From the NCBI GenBank assembly GCA_963695545.1, contig OY968796.1, positions 2,048,001-2,112,000 on the forward strand: a DNA stretch of 64,000 bases, in the 5' to 3' direction. Origin of the DNA: Terriglobia bacterium (GTDB taxonomy: Bacteria; Acidobacteriota; Terriglobia; Acidiferrales; UBA7541). A program made the translations under genes and the position numbers. Below, in pieces: positions 58,194 to 64,000 of this stretch (position 1 is the stretch's first letter; each line of letters starts with the position of its first letter). The notes beneath the pieces were generated by a model, which did not search any database, was not told where the DNA came from, and was given only the letters and a program-made list of their open reading frames with translations.

Positions 58194-59756
58194 CTAGAGC
58201 GTCGGGTTGCGCGGAAATAGTTGATAGGGCAGCGTGACGCCGTCGATTGAAATTTGGTCGGCGCGAATCGCGGCGGGCGCTTCGTAGCCTGCGCCGCCGC
58301 CCGCGGCGACGTAGTCGTCCTGATCCACGCCATCGCCGCTAACGCCCAGCCCGCCGACGAGCACGCCATTCAGATAAAGCGGCACGGAGCCGGGGAAAAA
58401 AACCACGCCGCTTTGGTGCGGACCAGGCGCTTGAAAACCTTGCGTGCATGGATGCGCCGTGTCCTGCTGAAATAAATTGAAGAATGGCCCGGGGTTCGTG
58501 CCGTCGATGCCGGGCGGAAACAGCGGCTGTGCGCCGTAGCCGATGGTTCGACTGGTGACGGCGGTGCCGATCGGCACGCCTTCGAGATCCGCGGCGGTAC
58601 GCGTGGCGCTGTTGAAATAAACCATGTTGCGCGCTTTGGTCGCGGCGACATCGATGCTGAAGACGGTGGAATCGGGCATGCGGTAGAGACCGATGATCGT
58701 GCCGTCGAGATCGGCGACTGCGATGACCATTTCGGCTGCCGAATTTTCAGGGATACGAAGTACGGCGCGCGTGGTGTTGGCGGTCGCGACGGCGTTCATG
58801 ATGATTTGATTTACTTCCGACGCGGAGAGCCCGCCGAGCGGTCCGGCATTCGGCCCAACGAGATAATTCTCGGGCGGTTGCGCGGGGCTGGCGGTGGGGC
58901 CGACGAAGAACGCGCCGTCGGCGGCTCCGGTGGTTGTGCCCGCTGGCTGCGTGGTTTGGTCCACGAACGGCACGGTGATGCCGCCGATCACGACGGCGCC
59001 GGGCGGGGCCGGAGTCGGACCGAAGCCGTTCGACGTGGCCGCGGTGTAGGCGGCGAATTCGGCGACGTCGGTTGAAACGCCCGCCACGCCGATCCCGCCG
59101 ACCACGACTCCGCTTTCAAAAATCGGCACGCCGCCGGGATCGACCACCGTCGGATCGCTGTCGTAGAGATCGGCTTTGCCGGTGGCGATGCCCAGACTTG
59201 GGGAGACGCCGTCAAGCGCAGTCGGCGGCGCAATGGATTGTCCCGGCAGGAAATTCGACGAAAGCGCGCAGCCGCGATTGCTGTTTTCAATGGCGTAGAG
59301 CGGGGCGTTCGACGCTCCGGCGACGCCGGGCGGGAAATGAACGCCGCTCAAAAAACGCACGCTGCGCGAGGAAATGGGCGCCTGATCGTTGCTGAAAAAT
59401 GCGGCGGTGCGAGCGAGAGAAACCGCAAGTTCGTTTGTGTCGACCGCGGCGCCAAAATTGCCGGGCGTGGTCGCGGGCGCGGAGGGTTTTCTATAAACCG
59501 CGAGGACGCGGCCCGCGCGATCGGAAACTGCGATGACCATCGTTTCGACGTTCGCGGCTTGCGCCGCGGCCACCACGAGCGATTGAACCTGGCTGGCCGT
59601 AAGATTCGGCGATGACGCGGGAGGAGGAACCTGCGTGACGGATGGAGCGCCGGTCGCTCCGCCGCACGCTGAAAGTGCGAGCGCCGCGGCGAGCGTTAGC
59701 GCAAACGCCAGCGGGGCGCGCTGTGGACGACGGCTGCCGTGCGAAGTCTGGTTCAC
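58194..59756 (-). CDS. Lipoprotein with two GlcG/HbpS-type heme-binding domains
   Basis: LALSAC lipobox; IAVSDRAG...GGVPIF..GVVVGGIGVAG and IAVADLDG...GSVPLY..GVLVGGLGVSG; start uncertain (59756 or 59780). Confidence 0.8.
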   Translation of the reverse strand: MNQTSHGSRRPQRAPLAFALTLAAALALSACGGATGAPSVTQVPPPASSPNLTASQVQSLVVAAAQAANVETMVIAVSDRAGRVLAVYRKPSAPATTPGNFGAAVDTNELAVSLARTAAFFSNDQAPISSRSVRFLSGVHFPPGVAGASNAPLYAIENSNRGCALSSNFLPGQSIAPPTALDGVSPSLGIATGKADLYDSDPTVVDPGGVPIFESGVVVGGIGVAGVSTDVAEFAAYTAATSNGFGPTPAPPGAVVIGGITVPFVDQTTQPAGTTTGAADGAFFVGPTASPAQPPENYLVGPNAGPLGGLSASEVNQIIMNAVATANTTRAVLRIPENSAAEMVIAVADLDGTIIGLYRMPDSTVFSIDVAATKARNMVYFNSATRTAADLEGVPIGTAVTSRTIGYGAQPLFPPGIDGTNPGPFFNLFQQDTAHPCTQGFQAPGPHQSGVVFFPGSVPLYLNGVLVGGLGVSGDGVDQDDYVAAGGGAGYEAPAAIRADQISIDGVTLPYQLFPRNPTL

Positions 59757-59945
59757 TGTTGTCTTGTGTACGTAACACATCGCTTGCGGGGGCTCAAGGA
59801 GCGCGGTGATAGCGAGCGCGAAAGAATGAATTGCGGCCGGTGGCACCCACCGTGTCGATTTTCGTTTCAACCGGCGGCTGGTCGAGGCAAAATCCCTGCT
59901 GTCGAAGCGGCGCCGATTTCTGAGCCGGCGTCCGAGGCGAGGCGG

Positions 59946-62240
59946 ATGCGCCGAGCATCCCTGCGAATCAAAATCGATTTGCTTTTGGCTGCGCTGGCGT
60001 TGCTCGTGGCGGCGACTGCCGCGACTGCCGCCACTGCGGCCACGCCGCGGCGCGCGAGGCATTCGCGCGGCGCGCGACATACGCATCACGCACAGCAGGC
60101 TGGCGCGCATCACGCGCAACACCCCGCGCCGCGCAAACGGCCGCGAGTTGAATCTCACCCACGACCGAAAACGAATTTCCGCGCTCTTCCGCAGCAGCAA
60201 ACTTCTACTGCCGAATTCCAAGGACAACGATTGCCGCGACAGACGGCGCCGCGTACGGCGGCGATTGAAGGCGAAGTGCGCGACGCGAGCGGGCGCGCGG
60301 TGGTTGGCGCAACGGTGCGCTTCGATTCCACGGAAGTGAACACGAGCGCGGACGGCGTTTTTCGCATACGCGATCTTGCGCCTGGAAATTATTCGCTCAC
60401 GATTGAGAGTCCGGGATACGCGGCGGAAGTGCGCTCTGATGTGTCGCTCGCGGCGGGCGATGTTTTCATTGTCGAGTTGACGCTCGCGCCGTCGGAGATG
60501 GCGAGTGCTCCGCGATCGCGATTGCCGCGGCAGCCGGAGCTTGGTCCTCCGACGCCGGCGATTGCAGTGGCGATGCTGGGTTCCTACCACGTGTTGCCGC
60601 GACGACCAGACGCCGATCCGAATTGGAGTGAGCCGCAACCTGAGTCGCTGCCGCCGGCGCAGGAAGTTTTCGCCGCGGCGGCGGACCGTTGGGACATTCC
60701 GATGCCGAATGCGCGGCGCTACGGTGACGGCGGCGAATATCCTTACGTCAAATCGCACTGGTACGATCCATTCGATCGCAACAAATTGAAGGGCGATCAG
60801 CCGATCATCGGCCAGCAAACGTTTTTGAACTTGACGGCGAAAAGCGAGACGGATGCCGACGGCCGATGTTTGCCGACGCCCACAAACGTGAGCCCGGCGC
60901 GGCCGGGCAGCAGCGAATTTTTCGGGCAGTGCGATCAGTTCGGGTTGAGCCAGACATTTTTCTTCACGGCGGATTTGTTTCACGGCGATACATCGTTTCG
61001 CCCGGTGGACTGGCGGATTCGCGTGACGCCAGCGGTTAACGTGAATTATTTGAAGGTCGAAGAGCTGGGCGTGGTGAACGTCGATCCGCGCGACGGCACT
61101 ACGCGCTTGGACGCACATTTTGGATTGCAGGAAGCGTTCGTCGAGGTGAAGCTGCACGATCTCGATTCCGATTACGATTTTGTTTCAGTGCGCGCCGGGA
61201 TCCAGCATTTTCAGAACGATTTTCTGGGATTTATTTTCGCGGACGATCAGCCCGGCGTGCGCTTTTTTGGCGATTTGCATTCGGATCGTTGGGAATACAA
61301 CGCGGCGTACTTCGATCTGCTGGAAAAGGATACGAACAGCGATCTGAATACGTTCAATGCGCGGCATCAGCAAGTGATCGTGGCCAATTTATACATGCAG
61401 GATTTCGGGCGGCCTGGTTACACCACGGAATTCAGCGTTCTCTACAATAAAGACGACGGCAATCTGCATTACGACGACAACGGATTTCTGGTGCGGCCGG
61501 CGGACATTGGCTCCGAGCGGCTGCACAATGTGCGCGCCGCGTATTTGGGCTGGACGGGCAGCGGGCACTTTGGGCGATGGAACGTGAGCCATGCGTTTTA
61601 TCAGGCGCTGGGCGAGGACGATTTCAATCCGATTGCCGGGCGGCCGGTGACCATCGACGCGCAGATGGCGGCGCTGGAGATTTCGTGGGATCGCGATTGG
61701 ATGAGAATTCGCGCGTCGGCGTTTTACGCGTCGGGCGACGCGAATCCGCGCGATGGGCGCGCGACCGGTTTCGATGCGATCGTCGATCAGCCGGATTTCG
61801 CGGGCGGCGATTTCAGTTTCTGGAATCGCGAAGGCATTCCGCTTACCGGCGCAAACGTTTTCCTGACCACGCCGGGCAGTTTGCTTCCGGATTTGCGCTC
61901 GAGCAAATTCGAGGGGCAGGCGAATTTCGTGAATCCGGGAATTTTTCTGGCGAATGGCGGCGCGGATTTCAATTTGACGACCAAACTGAAGGGTGTGGTG
62001 AATGTGAATTTTCTGCGATTTGAGGATACCTCGCCGCTTGAATTCGTGCTATTTCAAACGCCCATTCGCAATACGATCGGCGAGGATTACAGTCTGGGAG
62101 TTGTCTATCGGCCGCCGCTGACGGAAAACATTGTGGTCACGGGCGGCGCCGCGGCGCTCGATCCGGGCGCGGGGTTTCGCGATATTTACACGGGCCACTC
62201 GCTTTTTTCTCTCTTTGGCAATGTTCGCGTTCAATTCTAA
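59946..62240 (+). CDS. Outer-membrane beta-barrel protein with carboxypeptidase-like regulatory N-domain
   Basis: Signal peptide, [23 protein letters not shown], amphipathic strands, terminal NVRVQF; start uncertain. Confidence 0.75.
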   Translation: MRRASLRIKIDLLLAALALLVAATAATAATAATPRRARHSRGARHTHHAQQAGAHHAQHPAPRKRPRVESHPRPKTNFRALPQQQTSTAEFQGQRLPRQTAPRTAAIEGEVRDASGRAVVGATVRFDSTEVNTSADGVFRIRDLAPGNYSLTIESPGYAAEVRSDVSLAAGDVFIVELTLAPSEMASAPRSRLPRQPELGPPTPAIAVAMLGSYHVLPRRPDADPNWSEPQPESLPPAQEVFAAAADRWDIPMPNARRYGDGGEYPYVKSHWYDPFDRNKLKGDQPIIGQQTFLNLTAKSETDADGRCLPTPTNVSPARPGSSEFFGQCDQFGLSQTFFFTADLFHGDTSFRPVDWRIRVTPAVNVNYLKVEELGVVNVDPRDGTTRLDAHFGLQEAFVEVKLHDLDSDYDFVSVRAGIQHFQNDFLGFIFADDQPGVRFFGDLHSDRWEYNAAYFDLLEKDTNSDLNTFNARHQQVIVANLYMQDFGRPGYTTEFSVLYNKDDGNLHYDDNGFLVRPADIGSERLHNVRAAYLGWTGSGHFGRWNVSHAFYQALGEDDFNPIAGRPVTIDAQMAALEISWDRDWMRIRASAFYASGDANPRDGRATGFDAIVDQPDFAGGDFSFWNREGIPLTGANVFLTTPGSLLPDLRSSKFEGQANFVNPGIFLANGGADFNLTTKLKGVVNVNFLRFEDTSPLEFVLFQTPIRNTIGEDYSLGVVYRPPLTENIVVTGGAAALDPGAGFRDIYTGHSLFSLFGNVRVQF

Positions 62241-64000
62241 TTCGGGGCGGCGCCGCGGCGTGGCTCGCGTAAGGCGGGCTGCACCGTGCGCGGCGTTAGC
62301 CGCGATGTGCGCTTTTCTGGTGGCGGGCGCGTACGTCGAGGGCGCGAGCGGTCGTCAGGGCGGCGACGCGGCTGCGGAATCGCGATTGCTGCAGCAGACC
62401 GAAGACGACGTGGCGCGAAAAAGCGCGGGCTGCGTTTCGTGCCACACGCAAACCGACGAGCCCACCATGCACGCGACAGGTACGGTGCGATTGGGTTGCA
62501 CGGATTGCCACGGCGGGCGCGCGGATTTGCTGCTGCCGGCTGGAGCGCAACCGGGTTCGGCGGCATACGAGCAGGCTAAGCGCACGGCGCACGTTTTGCC
62601 GCGCGATTCGCAGGATGCCGATCGCTCGGCCGAACCTGTGCGCGCGTACGCGGCTTGGCTGCACGAAACCACGGAATACGTGCGCTTCGTGAATCCGGGA
62701 GATTTGCGCGTCGCAGCGCAAACGTGCGGCGAGGCGGGGTGCCACGCTTCGGTGGTGCGCAATGTTGCGACGAGCATGATGACTACCGGCGGAATGCTGT
62801 GGGGCGCGGCGCTTTACAACAACGGCGCGTATCCTTACAAGGACTTGCGATTCGGCGAAAGTTACGCCGCCGACGGCACGCCGCAGACGGTGCGCACGAT
62901 TCCTCCGCCGACGCCGGAGGAAACGCGCGAGAAGGGAATTATCGCGGAGGTGACGCCGCTCGAACGCTGGGAAATTTCGCAGCCGGGCAACGTGCTGCGC
63001 GTTTTCGAGCGCGGCGGCGGGAAAAAAGGCGAAATCGGGTTGCCCTCGCCCGATGAGGAACCCGGCAAGCCGGACGACAAATTGAGCAGCCGCGGATTCG
63101 GCACACAACTGCGCACCGATCCGGTTTTTCTGGGACTGCAGAAGACGCGGCTGCTCGATCCGATGCTTTCGATGCCGGGGACGAACGATCAGCCGGGCGA
63201 TTATCGCGCGAGTGGCTGCACGGCGTGCCATGTGATTTACGCGAACGACCGCTCGCCGGAGCATTCGGCGCAATACGCGCAGTACGGCAACATGGGATAC
63301 AGCGCGTCGAATGATCCGACGATTCCGCACAATGAATCCGGACACGCAATTCGCCATGTTTTCACGCGCTCGATTCCATCGAGCCAGTGCATGGTGTGCC
63401 ATATTCATCCGGGCACGAATATGGTGGCCACGTATTTTGGGTACACGTGGTGGGACAACGAATCCGACGGTAAGGAGATGTATCCGGCGGCGCAGCGAAA
63501 TCCGAGCGACGAGCAGCGCTTTGAAGTTGCCACGCGAAATCCCGAAGGAGCGGCGGCGCGCGGGTTGTGGGGCGACGTGAATTTCTTGTCGCAGACGGGC
63601 AGCGCAGAATTCAACGCCAAGCTGAAGCAAACGCAGTTCGCGGATTTCCATAGTCACGGGTGGTTGTTTCGCGCGGTGTACGCGCGCGATCGGCAGGGAC
63701 GCTTGCTGGACGCGGGCGGAAACGTTGTGCCGTTCGACGATCCGCTGAAGTTCAGCAAGGCCGTGCACCTGGAGGACATTCATCTTGAAAAAGGAATGCA
63801 GTGCGTGGATTGCCATTTCGAGCAAGACGCGCATGGCACCGGTTCGCTGTACGGCGAATCGCGCGCGGCGGTCGAGCTTGATTGCGTGGATTGCCACGGG
63901 ACAATTTCCGGGCGCGCGTCGCTGGTGACGTCGGGCCCGGCGGCGCCGCCGGGCGGAACACATCTCGAGGGATTGCGCACACCGTGGGGGCAGCGGCGAT
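62221..64000 (+). CDS. Large exported multiheme c-type cytochrome, runs off window end
   Basis: Not in the ORF track. Frame from ATG 62221: CVSCH (62431), CTDCH (62497), CGEAGCH (62725), CTACH (63217), CMVCH (63388), CVDCH (63802), CVDCH (63883). Confidence 0.9.
   Translation, partial: MFAFNSNSGRRRGVARVRRAAPCAALAAMCAFLVAGAYVEGASGRQGGDAAAESRLLQQTEDDVARKSAGCVSCHTQTDEPTMHATGTVRLGCTDCHGGRADLLLPAGAQPGSAAYEQAKRTAHVLPRDSQDADRSAEPVRAYAAWLHETTEYVRFVNPGDLRVAAQTCGEAGCHASVVRNVATSMMTTGGMLWGAALYNNGAYPYKDLRFGESYAADGTPQTVRTIPPPTPEETREKGIIAEVTPLERWEISQPGNVLRVFERGGGKKGEIGLPSPDEEPGKPDDKLSSRGFGTQLRTDPVFLGLQKTRLLDPMLSMPGTNDQPGDYRASGCTACHVIYANDRSPEHSAQYAQYGNMGYSASNDPTIPHNESGHAIRHVFTRSIPSSQCMVCHIHPGTNMVATYFGYTWWDNESDGKEMYPAAQRNPSDEQRFEVATRNPEGAAARGLWGDVNFLSQTGSAEFNAKLKQTQFADFHSHGWLFRAVYARDRQGRLLDAGGNVVPFDDPLKFSKAVHLEDIHLEKGMQCVDCHFEQDAHGTGSLYGESRAAVELDCVDCHGTISGRASLVTSGPAAPPGGTHLEGLRTPWGQRR

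Noticed and set aside
59781..61157. N-terminal half of the 987-aa minus-strand ORF
   Set aside because: Antisense shadow of the beta-barrel gene; the lipoprotein signal starts near 59756.

Overview
High-GC bacterial chromosomal segment, most likely Acidobacteriota (inferred from the Oar-type TonB receptor, malectin-domain regulator, stand-alone PilZ genes and second rpoD; not proven). It holds housekeeping genes (thyX, rpmE, tRNA-Glu, acs, moaA, sthA), a vapBC pair, a ~19-kb exopolysaccharide/c-di-GMP cluster (five PilZ domains, a diguanylate cyclase, three sigma54 activators, a kinase), a cold/general-stress cluster with a second rpoD, and a CP-ATP-grasp/alpha-E/transglutaminase operon. Most notable: (1) two homologous copies, 51 kb apart and on opposite strands, of a non-coding element I do not recognise (conserved 58-bp promoter block, 39-bp-phased AT-rich boxes, GGGGGTA end), each behind a small nuclease gene in a REP hotspot; (2) a 27-bp repeat inserted in frame into three different proteins in three reading frames; (3) an HTH + TIR/NDT-like two-gene cassette between duplicated 3' ends of a GH8 gene; (4) a beta-barrel / multiheme cytochrome / tandem GlcG-HbpS lipoprotein locus at the right edge. 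All product calls come from motif recognition by eye, with no database searches.
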